A stretch of DNA of 64,000 nt. Origin: an uncultured virus (IMG/VR IMGVR_UViG_3300022178_000020) (taxonomy: Duplodnaviria > Heunggongvirae > Uroviricota > Caudoviricetes). Both the position numbers and the translations under genes were made by a program. Positions 1 to 10,131 of this stretch are shown piece by piece. The stretch is taken from the IMG/VR virus record IMGVR_UViG_3300022178_000020, one strand, 5' to 3'. Every line of letters starts with the position of its first letter. The stretch's first letter is position 1. The notes beneath the pieces were generated by a model that was given only the letters and a program-made list of their open reading frames with translations, was not told the DNA's origin and did no database searches.

Positions 1-51
1 TCCTAAAAAGGTTAATGCGTGTCTAACAATTCCTAATGTTTTTTCTTTCAT
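1..51 (-). CDS. Partial small membrane protein, putative holin (runs off the window edge; not in ORF track)
   Basis: Manual translation from ATG at 49-51: MKEKTLGIVRHALTFLG..., resembling small phage holin-like proteins with an RHxLT motif; ATATTTATA motif upstream at 75-83. Confidence 0.5.
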   Translation of the reverse strand, partial: MKEKTLGIVRHALTFLG

Positions 52-110
52 AATATTATGTTTTAAAATTCGTGTATAAATATGTCAACAGAGTGAAAAC
101 GTATAGCCAT

Positions 111-749
111 TTAAGCGCTGATTTTAGAGTGTTTATATTTAAAGGTATATCCTTTAGCATGGGTTATTGGATTTCCTGATGCTTTGTTTATATAACCATT
201 TAATGCGTTCCAAACCATAGTCCCACGGCACCCCACATAATCACCAACACGAGCCATGTTTGGGAATTCACCTACAAAATTCTTGTCTTTATCATAAACT
301 AAGATGGGGTTGCGTGGTGAGTTTCTTACTTTTTCTTTATATTCTTCTGTGTGTTGCCATTTCTTTCTGTTAGTACCAAAATCAGCTGGTTTGGGTTTGC
401 TATTAGCTTCGCTTATTTTTTGTTTTGATTCAGCTGTGTGTGAATTACAACCACTCCCACCACCATTAGAATTTAAGCCATTATAGAACGTATCTAACGT
501 TTTAATCCAATAACGTTCTCGTTTACGGAGCAAAGCATCACTTTGTCCCCTACTTAATAAAGAAGTATCAATTTCTTCTATCACTTCAAACAAATGAGAA
601 TCCCCACCATATTTGGTAAGGGATTCTCTTAATTTGTAATTTGTTTTGTGTTGGTTGTGTCTATGACTTTTCCATCGAGCTTCTATATTTTTGGAGTACC
701 CAACATATATTCTACCTTCGGGGTTTATGATTTTGTATATTCCTACCAT
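111..749 (-). CDS. Free-standing GIY-YIG homing endonuclease with NUMOD-like C-terminal region
   Basis: GIYKIINPEGRIYVG, ARWKSH, ERYWI, GLN catalytic-domain motifs; HTAESKQKIS NUMOD3-like segment; ATG at 749 is more likely than the called GTG at 785. Confidence 0.9.
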   Translation of the reverse strand: MVGIYKIINPEGRIYVGYSKNIEARWKSHRHNQHKTNYKLRESLTKYGGDSHLFEVIEEIDTSLLSRGQSDALLRKRERYWIKTLDTFYNGLNSNGGGSGCNSHTAESKQKISEANSKPKPADFGTNRKKWQHTEEYKEKVRNSPRNPILVYDKDKNFVGEFPNMARVGDYVGCRGTMVWNALNGYINKASGNPITHAKGYTFKYKHSKISA

Positions 750-784
750 GATTATACATACATGGAAGGAATTCAAAAGCGCCA

Positions 785-2494
785 CTACCCATCACAAGAA
801 ACACACTCACTTGTTCTACTGCCCAAATCGCCCTTTATTACGCTGTCCGTGCGGAGATAATAGAGTGTTTTGATCCCTAATTTCCAAGCTTCAGTATGAC
901 ATTGATTAATCCATTTAGGAGAATCGGTAGGGTCAAATGAAAGATTTAAAGATTGAGTTTGATCAATGTACTTTTGTCGGGTAGCTGCTTGTCTAACTAA
1001 TTCAAGTTGATTTACTTCGCTAAATGTTAAAAATACTTCCTTCTCTTCAGGAGTTAATATACTGTCTGGGAGGTTTTGGATAGAACCATTATCTGCTAAG
1101 ATAGCATCCCAAGTTTTTTCAGTATTATTTCCTTTCTCTTCGAGTAAAGCTTCTAATTCTTTATTTTTTACAATAAAGGTACCTTTAGCTCCATTAAAAG
1201 TATAGATATTAGCGGGGATAGGTTCAATACCTGCTGAACATCCATTTAATCTTGAATTTGATACAGTAGGAGCAATAGCTAATAAGTGAGTATTTCTCAT
1301 ACCAGTACCCTTACACCAGGTAGGTTCACCATATTCTTGAGCTAATTCTCTTGAAGTAGCTTCTGCTTTTTGTCTAATATCACTAAATAAAGTATGGGTC
1401 CAAGCTGTTGAAGATATAGAGTTAAATGGTAAGTTTTTCTTTTGGAGAAAAGTATGCCATCCCATAACTCCTAACCCAAGTGCTCTACCTTTTAAAGCAT
1501 GTCTGTGAGTACGAGCCATTGAGTCCTTACCATTTGACTTGTCTATAAATTCTTGCATAACCCCATCAAGGAACCTGATCGAGGTTTCAACAACATCTGT
1601 GTCCTTCCACTCATCATACTTTGCAAGGTTGAGAGAACTAAGACAACAGATGAAAGAATGTTCTTCATCGGTGTGTAATGTTATCTCTGTACAGATATTA
1701 GTCATACTAACGTCTAGATTGTTCATTCGATATGCTAGAGGATTATCTCTATTAACATTATCTTTAAACATGATATAGGGTTCACCCGTTTCTACACGCG
1801 TCTTAAGAATTTCCAGCCATAGCGTCATAGCTTCGGAGTCTCTGTCATGTAGACGCTTCATAAACGTATCATCCACAACTACACATTGGTGTAAGTTAAG
1901 ACATTGACGGTTAGGATCACCTTTAGGTCTACGAATCTGCATAAATTCCTTTATATCAAGATGATTGATATCTAAATTTACGGAGGCAGCACCCCTTCGA
2001 ACTGATCCTTGATTAGTAGCAATAATTGCTGAGTCATAGATTTTACACCAAGGTACTACTCCTTCACTCTTACCATTTCCAGTAATAGTAGTTCCTCTAG
2101 GACGTATTCTACTAACTGAAATTCCTACACCACCCCCTAGGGCAGTTAGTTTCATGAGTTCCGCATTAGTAAGACCAATTCCACGGACTGAATCAGGAGT
2201 ATCAATACCAAAACAAGATATGGGCAAACCACGATCGGTTCCGGTGTTAGATAGTACCGGACTAGCCAAACCAATCCAACCATTCCAAATATACTTAAAA
2301 AACTTATTTTCAAGTTCTGGGCGATGTATTCTGTCTGCGACCGCTTTGGCAACCCTTCTATATGCTTTTTTAGGTGTTTCATCCGGTAATAAGTATCCTT
2401 TAGATATTGTTGCTAGTCCTACTTCGTCTAACCATTCAGGGTAGTCTTTTCCTTTTACCCAGTTTGTTGTATCTGCTGTTAAGTTTCCGTCCAT
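785..2494 (-). CDS. nrdA: Ribonucleotide reductase class I alpha subunit (short, no ATP cone)
   Basis: SCF, NICTEI, CCLSSLNL, APTVSNS, KTLYY and C-terminal CVSCDG motifs. Confidence 0.97.
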   Translation of the reverse strand: MDGNLTADTTNWVKGKDYPEWLDEVGLATISKGYLLPDETPKKAYRRVAKAVADRIHRPELENKFFKYIWNGWIGLASPVLSNTGTDRGLPISCFGIDTPDSVRGIGLTNAELMKLTALGGGVGISVSRIRPRGTTITGNGKSEGVVPWCKIYDSAIIATNQGSVRRGAASVNLDINHLDIKEFMQIRRPKGDPNRQCLNLHQCVVVDDTFMKRLHDRDSEAMTLWLEILKTRVETGEPYIMFKDNVNRDNPLAYRMNNLDVSMTNICTEITLHTDEEHSFICCLSSLNLAKYDEWKDTDVVETSIRFLDGVMQEFIDKSNGKDSMARTHRHALKGRALGLGVMGWHTFLQKKNLPFNSISSTAWTHTLFSDIRQKAEATSRELAQEYGEPTWCKGTGMRNTHLLAIAPTVSNSRLNGCSAGIEPIPANIYTFNGAKGTFIVKNKELEALLEEKGNNTEKTWDAILADNGSIQNLPDSILTPEEKEVFLTFSEVNQLELVRQAATRQKYIDQTQSLNLSFDPTDSPKWINQCHTEAWKLGIKTLYYLRTDSVIKGDLGSRTSECVSCDG

Positions 2495-2496
2495 AA

Positions 2497-3123
2497 TTAT
2501 TGTTTTTTTATTGCTCCTACTTGATATCCTTGCATTACCATGTCATAAAGTTCATTATAAAAATTAAAAAAAACTTGTATTCCTAACATAGGGGAAGATA
2601 CTATATGGGATTGTTTAGGGTCTTTCCACCCATAATCATCAAATATTATCATACCTCCGGGGTTTAGTAGTTGGTGGGAGTAATAAGCATCTACTAAAGT
2701 ATCATCGGATCTATGAGAAGCATCTACATAAATAAAATCATATTTTTTACCTTGTTCTACTAATTTAGGAAGTTGGAGTTGAGATATGTTTTGATAAATG
2801 CTAAAATTAATCTTAGAATGGAAAGAGATATTATGTTTAAAATTATTAAAAATAAAATTATCTTGAGCTAATCTATCTTTAGTACCTAGCATTCCACTTT
2901 CTTCTAAAGAACCTCCAAAGGTATCTATTACATCATAGATTATATCTTTTTTTAAAAAATTATCTAATAAATACGTTGTAGCTCTTCCTTCATAACAACC
3001 TATTTCTAGTACATTATTTATACTATGATCTTTTAGGTATTGGGGAAATAATTGTTCCCAATTTGGTATGGAGGCATCAAACCAAGTTTCTGTAAAAGTA
3101 TATTTTTCTGGGTATGTATACAT
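2497..3123 (-). CDS. Class I SAM-dependent methyltransferase (Methyltransf_24-like)
   Basis: VLEIGCYEG, YDFIYVDASH, GGMIIFDDY motifs. Confidence 0.85.
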   Translation of the reverse strand: MYTYPEKYTFTETWFDASIPNWEQLFPQYLKDHSINNVLEIGCYEGRATTYLLDNFLKKDIIYDVIDTFGGSLEESGMLGTKDRLAQDNFIFNNFKHNISFHSKINFSIYQNISQLQLPKLVEQGKKYDFIYVDASHRSDDTLVDAYYSHQLLNPGGMIIFDDYGWKDPKQSHIVSSPMLGIQVFFNFYNELYDMVMQGYQVGAIKKQ

Positions 3124-3133
3124 TGTTTTATTT

Positions 3134-4117
3134 CTAAAATATTGATTCGTCCCAATTATGTGTACCTTTAGAGTAATTAGTTACTCTACTTGCAAAGAAG
3201 TCAGTGTGTTGTTTACCTGCTGATAAAGAATCAAACCATTTCATTCTTTGTAGTGCAGTAGGATCAATTCCATTAACTACACCTTCGTAACCTAAGTCTC
3301 CCATTTTTGTATTAACTCTATGTTTAATAAATGAGATTAAATCTTCTCTATTGCATCCCTCTAAATCTCCCATTTCATAAACTTTATTGATAAAGTCAAT
3401 TTCAAGTTGAAGTGAAAGTAAAGCAGCCTCAGTTATAGCTGTCTTAAGTTCGGGTGTTTTTAATTCAGGGTTTTCTTCGATTAAGGTTCTAAATAACCAA
3501 CATCCTGCTTCGGAGTGCATTGATTCATCTCTAATGGACCATTCAACAATTTGTCCAACTCCTTTAAGTTTGTTTCGCATTTTAAACGATAATAATATAG
3601 CGAAACTTGAAAATAGATTAACTCCTTCGGTAAAGGCCGAGAATATGGCCAAGCTCTTAGCAATTTCGTGCCAATCTTTTTCATCACCAAAACTATCCCT
3701 AACAGACATAAGGTTTTCAATTTTAGCCATCGTAGTTTCATCTTCAAGAAACTCTGAGAAGTCGTCCAGTCCAAGTTCTTCATTTAATAGTGAGTATGCT
3801 TCGGCGTGGATAGTTTCCATAGCACCAAAGGTGGTCGCCATTGCTATGATTTCTGGTTTTCTAAACCATTTAGTTACCAATCCAGTCCAATAGTCGTTTA
3901 CTACTGTTTCTGTTTGAGCAAATCCTTTAAGGATTGATCCAATTATATTTTTTTCTGTTTCGTTTAGATTTTGTTTCCAATCGTTTATATCACTCATCAT
4001 TGGGACTTCAGTATGAATCCAATGTGCTTGGTGTTGTTTAAGCCAATAATCGGCTGCTTCGGGATATTCGAAAGGTTTGTAGACGATTCTTTCCTCTTTT
4101 ATGTTCTTTTGAGACAT
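3134..4117 (-). CDS. nrdB: Ribonucleotide reductase class Ia beta subunit
   Basis: ETIHAEAY (radical Tyr), EGVNLFSSF, RDESMH, TDFFASRVTNY. Confidence 0.97.
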   Translation of the reverse strand: MSQKNIKEERIVYKPFEYPEAADYWLKQHQAHWIHTEVPMMSDINDWKQNLNETEKNIIGSILKGFAQTETVVNDYWTGLVTKWFRKPEIIAMATTFGAMETIHAEAYSLLNEELGLDDFSEFLEDETTMAKIENLMSVRDSFGDEKDWHEIAKSLAIFSAFTEGVNLFSSFAILLSFKMRNKLKGVGQIVEWSIRDESMHSEAGCWLFRTLIEENPELKTPELKTAITEAALLSLQLEIDFINKVYEMGDLEGCNREDLISFIKHRVNTKMGDLGYEGVVNGIDPTALQRMKWFDSLSAGKQHTDFFASRVTNYSKGTHNWDESIF

Positions 4118-4126
4118 TATTAAATT

Positions 4127-5488
4127 TTAGGTGTTTAGTGAAAAAAACTGTTGCGCTAATGCGTCTCGATCTAGAGTATTAAGATTTGTATTTGGGAGTT
4201 GTTGAACAGGGGCGGGTGCATCGCTATCATCAAAGTGGTGGTCTGAGACTTCAAAATGTCCTGTAGAAGTATCTGCTACCACTGAAAATGTCATTCCATC
4301 CATTCCGTATCTGTTTTTCATAATGTGAAATCTTCCTGTTCCATTTACTTTATCCTCCTTTTTACGTGAAAGAGATATAGCAATGTCGGTAACCATCATT
4401 TTGTCATAGCTACCGGCAGCTTTATCACCCTCAATTACATCATCTTTTGCTCCAGCTCGATTTACTTGAGAAACAGACCAAACTGGTAACTGTAATTCTT
4501 TAGCGAGCCCTTTAGTGCTTAGATAAATATCGTCTATTTCTCCTTTTCTATCACTAACTCGTTTTTTAGATGAAAGTAAGTCAACATAGTCAATAAGAAT
4601 TAAATCAGGTGCAAATTCTAAATCTTGACACTTTTGAATATGCGATCGAAGAGTATTAACTGTGGCCATTCCAGGTGAGAACTCTTTAATAATAAGTTGG
4701 CCTGGGAGTTGTTCTACTACTTCATCAATTCTAGCCCTATGTTTAGATAGCGTATCTACCGGCTTACCTGTGAAGAATGCATCGTAGCGTCGCCCTACAT
4801 AATCTTCGCCAAGTTCTAAAGTATAATGCAGTACATTATAACCCATTTTCACGGCGTACCCACCAAGAGCAACCAAAGTCCATGACTTACCTCCTCCAGG
4901 ATTACCAAATATAAGACCAAAATCTCCGTTACCAAGACCCCCCTGCATAAATTCATTAAATTTTTCCCAAGGAGTAGGGACAACTTTTCTAGCATCTTCT
5001 CTATAACGAGCTTCAGTGTCTTTAAGATATTCATGTCCTATGTTTTTATCATTACCTGCTTTTAAAGCATTATCAATAAGTCCTCTAATAGATTCAAAAT
5101 CACCCGAGTTAAGTAAATCTACACTATTAAGGAGGGCTTTTTTAAGTTGTTGATTTTTACAAAATGAAGAAAATTCCTTTTCAATATACTCTAAATCCGC
5201 TGTTGAGGATTGGTAAGCCTCACGAAGTTGTTCTTTAATTGAGAGTTGTAATACTTCATTTTCAACTTTTTTCATTTCTACTTTCAATACTTCCATTGTA
5301 GGAGTAGTATTGTATTGTTCGTAGTAATCTAAAATATGTTTAACAACCCATTTATGTGCTTGATTGTCAAAATATTCTTCACTCAATACATCATGCATTT
5401 GTTGGAGAAACTCCTTATGCGTAAGGAGTGAAGATAAAACCTTTATTTGAAAGGCTGTGCCGTATGTGGAAAGAGAGTTGAGAGTCAA
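4127..5488 (-). CDS. DnaB-like replicative helicase (T4 gp41-like), TTG start
   Basis: Walker A GNPGGGKS, ILIDYVDLL, SQVNR, KNRYG. Confidence 0.92.
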   Translation of the reverse strand: MTLNSLSTYGTAFQIKVLSSLLTHKEFLQQMHDVLSEEYFDNQAHKWVVKHILDYYEQYNTTPTMEVLKVEMKKVENEVLQLSIKEQLREAYQSSTADLEYIEKEFSSFCKNQQLKKALLNSVDLLNSGDFESIRGLIDNALKAGNDKNIGHEYLKDTEARYREDARKVVPTPWEKFNEFMQGGLGNGDFGLIFGNPGGGKSWTLVALGGYAVKMGYNVLHYTLELGEDYVGRRYDAFFTGKPVDTLSKHRARIDEVVEQLPGQLIIKEFSPGMATVNTLRSHIQKCQDLEFAPDLILIDYVDLLSSKKRVSDRKGEIDDIYLSTKGLAKELQLPVWSVSQVNRAGAKDDVIEGDKAAGSYDKMMVTDIAISLSRKKEDKVNGTGRFHIMKNRYGMDGMTFSVVADTSTGHFEVSDHHFDDSDAPAPVQQLPNTNLNTLDRDALAQQFFSLNT

Positions 5489-5492
5489 AACT

Positions 5493-6524
5493 TTAATGTG
5501 TTAATCGTGTAAATGTATCCTTTAACCAAAACTCTGTATTTTTAATATGGTGGTTTAACCCATCTTCACTGTATAAACTCATGAATTCCAAGATACGAAG
5601 TTCATTAAGCGGTTCCAATGGTAATTGAGAAAGATATTCCTTTTCTTCATCTGAGACCATGGGGGCTTCTAAATCCATAATTTTTTTAGTATTAATTAAT
5701 CTTTCCCAATCATGGACTACTCTGGCAAATACTACACTGTCTTTTAAGCGTTCCACACTTAGATCATATAACCTATCAAACGGCATTACACCTTCTGCTA
5801 ATTCGGGGAATCTTTTAAGCACTCCTTTTTTACCCAATCCCTTAATGCCGGGTACTTTATCTGAGGCATCTCCTAGTAGAACTTTATAATGAATAAAATT
5901 TTCAGGGACAATCCCAAATTTTTCTTTCACAGTAGCCACATCATAAAATTCTCTTTCTATAGGGCGATAGACTGTAATGTTTTTATCTACTAATTGGAGG
6001 AAATCCCTATCACTAGAAACAATATATGATTTTGAATCAAATCTTTTAGACATATCCTTAGCCATATATGCTATAATATCGTCTGCTTCTAATTTGTCAA
6101 TAGAAACAGTTTTAATAGGTAAGCATTTTAAGTATTGGATAAGCCTTGTGATTTGGTCTACTTTAGAATCATTTTCCTCGTCAATATTATCAAAGGCATC
6201 CCAATTAGTAATACGATTAGTATGTCTTCCAGATTTATATTCGGGAAGTAGGTACCTCCTATTAGTGGAGGCACCTACCCCATCGAATACAACGTACATG
6301 GCAGTTGGTTGGATTTGATTTATAAGAGCACCTAAAGAACGGAGAAAGCCTGCTAAGCCTCCTATGTGGTTACCGCTCCCGTTTATAAAATTTAGTACGG
6401 CAAAGTTTCTCAAAAATAAATTGAGACCATCTATGAAAATAACTCTATCGTGTTGCCCGGGTTTGGCAGAACTTTCCCCTTGCTCAATGTTATTGAGCAT
6501 CTTTAAGTAATCTTTTTTAATCAT
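5493..6524 (-). CDS. 5'-3' exonuclease / flap endonuclease (T4 RNase H-like)
   Basis: FIDGLN, YKSGR, EADDIIA, SSDRDFLQL, GDASDKVPGIKGLG. Confidence 0.92.
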   Translation of the reverse strand: MIKKDYLKMLNNIEQGESSAKPGQHDRVIFIDGLNLFLRNFAVLNFINGSGNHIGGLAGFLRSLGALINQIQPTAMYVVFDGVGASTNRRYLLPEYKSGRHTNRITNWDAFDNIDEENDSKVDQITRLIQYLKCLPIKTVSIDKLEADDIIAYMAKDMSKRFDSKSYIVSSDRDFLQLVDKNITVYRPIEREFYDVATVKEKFGIVPENFIHYKVLLGDASDKVPGIKGLGKKGVLKRFPELAEGVMPFDRLYDLSVERLKDSVVFARVVHDWERLINTKKIMDLEAPMVSDEEKEYLSQLPLEPLNELRILEFMSLYSEDGLNHHIKNTEFWLKDTFTRLTH

Positions 6525-7603
6525 TATTCAGGTTCTTTTTCGAAGTGTGAAATATCTTGTATTTCTTGGTCTTCAGATATAATATCAAAATCAGTACCTC
6601 CTAAAATCTTAGCCCACGCTTGAGAATGGTCAGTTTTATATTGTTTGATTTCTTTATCATCATCGTTAATAAACCCGTGTGGTGTCATAACAATTTTACC
6701 TCGTGTAGTAACTCCATTAATGTGGTTTTTATCAATCTGTAGGTTAGTGCGTTTAGCAAATTCTACCTGCTTACCATCTTTAATTGCTTTAATTTTAGAG
6801 GTACCTGCATTCATAATATTACCAAATGTTACTACAAATGTTGAATCAAACCACATAGCATATCCACCCTTGTTCATCAATTTGGGTTGACCCATAGGCG
6901 ATTCTGCCTTTGCAGTCCAAACCTTATTGATACAAACTAAAGTATTAGTATAAGGGCTACTTTCTTTACGTGAAAGAGTAATACGTTGATTTACGTTGTT
7001 ACCAAACTGTGTAGACATCGCACCCGCATTCCACTCATTATTGTTTTTATTAGACTTAATGGACATTTCGCAAGGTACTGAACCAATTGAATCCCATAAA
7101 AATAACAAATCATAAGGTAAATCACCTTTTTTCTGTTCGTCTAATAAATCTAAAATAAATGCGGCTACGTCTTCAATAGAATTAATAGTTTCTCTATCCA
7201 CATAAATGAACTGACCACTATAATTTAGAATTTCACCAGTCTCTTCATCGACTTCAGTATCTAATTCTAATCCCATTTGTTGAGCATGTTCCCAACTCCA
7301 TTTCATCTCAGTAATAATAAATACTGGAAGAATTTTACGTTTTTGAGCAGCTACGGCTGTTTCAATTAAAGCCGTTGTCTTACCTGTGTCCGAGTGTCCT
7401 CTTAATAGGACAATATGTCCTTGAGGAATCCCAGGAATTGAAGTTACGTCTTGGAATGCTTGTGAGAGAGGAATCCATTGTTGGTCTTTAAACTTAACAT
7501 TTGAGTTAAGCATTTTCTTCTCTTTAAACTTTCCAAGATCGAAGTTTGACTTCAATTCCTGGGAGACTGCAGCTGTTAGTGATGCTTTCTTTCCTCTAGG
7601 CAT
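6524..7603 (-). CDS. RecA/UvsX-like recombinase
   Basis: Walker A GHSDTGKT, WDSIGS Walker B region, KGGYAMWF; located between gp32 and the exonuclease. Confidence 0.85.
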   Translation of the reverse strand: MPRGKKASLTAAVSQELKSNFDLGKFKEKKMLNSNVKFKDQQWIPLSQAFQDVTSIPGIPQGHIVLLRGHSDTGKTTALIETAVAAQKRKILPVFIITEMKWSWEHAQQMGLELDTEVDEETGEILNYSGQFIYVDRETINSIEDVAAFILDLLDEQKKGDLPYDLLFLWDSIGSVPCEMSIKSNKNNNEWNAGAMSTQFGNNVNQRITLSRKESSPYTNTLVCINKVWTAKAESPMGQPKLMNKGGYAMWFDSTFVVTFGNIMNAGTSKIKAIKDGKQVEFAKRTNLQIDKNHINGVTTRGKIVMTPHGFINDDDKEIKQYKTDHSQAWAKILGGTDFDIISEDQEIQDISHFEKEPE

Positions 7604-8391
7604 TAGCTGAATAATTCGTCAAATTTATCAACTTTTGTCTCTTTAAGGGGGGCCTTTGCAGTGTAATTGTTTTGAGACCCCCCTTTATCAAAAGGGAGAT
7701 CGCTAGAGCTTCCTTCGTTAGTAGTTTCTTCTTCAGGAGCTAGGAATGTTTGAAGATTACTCTTCATATCTTCAAATGAGTGACGCTTGAAGACTTCAGT
7801 TGGATTTGCTTGATCCTCTAACCATTTCTGGATTTGGTCAGGCTCGCCAAGTGGTGTTTGCTTCGTTTTAACACGAACCGAAGACTTGTTATAAGCGGTA
7901 CCTGTAACATCAGGGCCTACAGTATCTACTGTAATGTCTCGTCCCTGATGGATGTCGGTGTAATCACCAATATCTTCATCATCAGCTAATGAAAGGAATT
8001 CTAGGTAAGTATTCTTACCGAACTGCCAAAGCTTAACACCTTGGTCTTCTTCCCCCCGAACAACTACGGGAACGAAAACACGCATTTTGGGGTCAAGCTT
8101 CTTAGCCAAACGCCAGTTTTCCTTATCGCTTGTTGTACGAAGTTGTTTCGCAAACTCTACGATTGGGTCCTTTTCATCAAAATTAATTGGTGAAATCATT
8201 GTACGTTCTCCAATCCCATAATGGAAGTATACTTCCGTAAAAGGATTAGACTTATTAAATTTGTTGGGAACAATACGAACTGTTTGTTTACCAATACTTG
8301 GTTTCCAAAACAAGCTCTTGCTGTTGTTTCCGTCTCCCTTGTTTGTTTGCTGCAAGGAGTTCAGCTTACTGCGAATTGCATTTAAATCCAT
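7603..8391 (-). CDS. Single-stranded DNA-binding protein (T4 gp32-like)
   Basis: FWKP...VRIVP, DPIVEF, GVKLWQFGK, acidic tail ending DKFDELFS. Confidence 0.85.
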   Translation of the reverse strand: MDLNAIRSKLNSLQQTNKGDGNNSKSLFWKPSIGKQTVRIVPNKFNKSNPFTEVYFHYGIGERTMISPINFDEKDPIVEFAKQLRTTSDKENWRLAKKLDPKMRVFVPVVVRGEEDQGVKLWQFGKNTYLEFLSLADDEDIGDYTDIHQGRDITVDTVGPDVTGTAYNKSSVRVKTKQTPLGEPDQIQKWLEDQANPTEVFKRHSFEDMKSNLQTFLAPEEETTNEGSSSDLPFDKGGSQNNYTAKAPLKETKVDKFDELFS

Positions 8392-8426
8392 GTGTAACTA
8401 AAATTTTAAAAATGTAACTTATTGCG

Positions 8427-8458
8427 TAAATATACGAACGCTAACTCAAAATACCAAA
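8427..8458 (-). promoter_or_regulatory. Bacteroidota-type primary-sigma promoter driving the replication operon
   Basis: Minus strand TTTG-N20-TATATTTA, close to the Bacteroidota -33/-7 consensus TTTG-N19-21-TAnnTTTG. Confidence 0.7.
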
Positions 8459-8845
8459 TTATAGTTCAATAATTTGATGAATTTTTGTCTTTAATTGATT
8501 CAACTCGTTGTGCTGGGTGAGTAAAATTGTATTGCGATAATGTTGCCAATTGACTTTATATCGTACATCTACTACTCCTCCATTTAACAGTTTTATTAGC
8601 TCATTTAGAGCATTTATTGTGTAAAGAGTATTGGACTCTTTTTTTCTATGTACTAAAATAGTGTTGGGTAAAATTGCTTCTATACTAGAAGGTTCTACAT
8701 TATAAGTACAGACATACTCGTCATTACTTTTTATATGGAGCACAAAAATTTTCTTATAAAGAATGTCGTAGCTAGATTTCACCTCCACTAGCGTTTTCTC
8801 CAACTCCTCTAATGTAGTAAAGGTGCAAAATAGCTTGTTATTCAT
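8459..8845 (-). CDS. Hypothetical phage protein
   Basis: 128-aa ORF filling the gap; ATATTTATA motif 3 nt before its ATG. Confidence 0.75.
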   Translation of the reverse strand: MNNKLFCTFTTLEELEKTLVEVKSSYDILYKKIFVLHIKSNDEYVCTYNVEPSSIEAILPNTILVHRKKESNTLYTINALNELIKLLNGGVVDVRYKVNWQHYRNTILLTQHNELNQLKTKIHQIIEL

Positions 8846-8856
8846 GTATATAAATA

Positions 8857-10131
8857 TTATACCCTCCCTAAAGAACCATAGGTGCTACCTGCGTCAACTT
8901 TTGTATTAAATTTAAATTCTTTGAACGTGTCCAAAATACACTCTATTGCCTCTTTCTCGGATTTATCCACATCTAAAAGAAATGAATCGTATGTGTAGTG
9001 AACTATACGGGTATTTTTATTCTTTAATATAGATATAATTTTCTCTAAAATAAGAACATTATAATACGTTTCCGTATTTTGAAGTATGTAATTAAACAGT
9101 TTCTCCTTCTTCATATCCGTTTTAAAGACGTATCCAGACTTACAGACAACTTCTTCTTTCCTACTTATATCATCTATATATTTTCCTACTCGCTTAAAGA
9201 ATTCTAAGTCTTTGTAGTTATCAAATACTCCTCCGTACAGCTGTTTGAACGTTAGTTCTTTAGCTTTCTTATAATCTACTCCGTACATATCAGCAAACGC
9301 TTGGTGTATGTCCTCGTGTTCGAATTCATAATCTACTAATTGTGCCGCTAGTGTAGGGTGGTAAGCACTAATGTCGATCTCCATTAAGAAATCATTATCG
9401 GGAATAAACGCATCTCTACAACCCGATTTTTTATCTAAAGCAGCATAATTAATTCCCCCAAATGAGTTTGAAGGTCTCGTAGTTGTCGTTTTTAGGTTAA
9501 ACTGGGAGTAAGTCCAATCTCGTTCTACACCAAAATGTTCTTCAAAGAGTTTAGGATCAACTCTAATTCCTTCTGCTTCAATCCAATAGAATACATTTGT
9601 CGCCTTGTGGTTGTAAAACTCAAAGTGCGGTGGTTTATCCATAGCGAACACATGTTTAACAGCGTTGTATAGCGTTTCACAGCGTTCATAATGCTTTACT
9701 ATCGGTATGATGCTACCTATGTTGGCTATGTGGGGGTATTTGTTATAGAAGAAATCGTGGCACGGGAACGAGTCGGGTATATCTGTAGGAGATATGAAAT
9801 GTATGTCGCTAAGCTGCTTTAAAGGTACTATATGGAGAAATTCCTTTCTATCTCTTACAAATATTTCTTTAAATCCTCCTAATAATTCGTATACTTTAGA
9901 TGAGTCACATGAAGTAGCTTCACTATGATTTATATTAAGAATAAAACCTTTTCTATGATTAATTTCTCTAATATAGAATCCTACTATACCCCTTAAAAAG
10001 GGGTGTTGATTGTCATTAGAGAAAAGGGGTTCAACGAATACTCGTTTAAATCCCTTTTCTTTAAATTCGTTTAGTTGTTTGTTATTTTCTATGAGCCAAA
10101 ACACATCACAAGATACGATCGATTCCTTCAA
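8857..10131 (-). CDS. Short, divergent family A DNA polymerase (start may be GTG at 10104)
   Basis: TTTTRPS, motif A EIDISAYHP, motif B KKAKELTFKQLYGG, LFNYILQ, motif C HYTYDS. Confidence 0.8.
   Translation of the reverse strand: MKESIVSCDVFWLIENNKQLNEFKEKGFKRVFVEPLFSNDNQHPFLRGIVGFYIREINHRKGFILNINHSEATSCDSSKVYELLGGFKEIFVRDRKEFLHIVPLKQLSDIHFISPTDIPDSFPCHDFFYNKYPHIANIGSIIPIVKHYERCETLYNAVKHVFAMDKPPHFEFYNHKATNVFYWIEAEGIRVDPKLFEEHFGVERDWTYSQFNLKTTTTRPSNSFGGINYAALDKKSGCRDAFIPDNDFLMEIDISAYHPTLAAQLVDYEFEHEDIHQAFADMYGVDYKKAKELTFKQLYGGVFDNYKDLEFFKRVGKYIDDISRKEEVVCKSGYVFKTDMKKEKLFNYILQNTETYYNVLILEKIISILKNKNTRIVHYTYDSFLLDVDKSEKEAIECILDTFKEFKFNTKVDAGSTYGSLGRV

Noticed and set aside
785..4117. Intron or intein in nrdA/nrdB given the adjacent endonuclease
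   Set aside because: Both ORFs are continuous, compact and have their catalytic motifs in order; no intein termini seen
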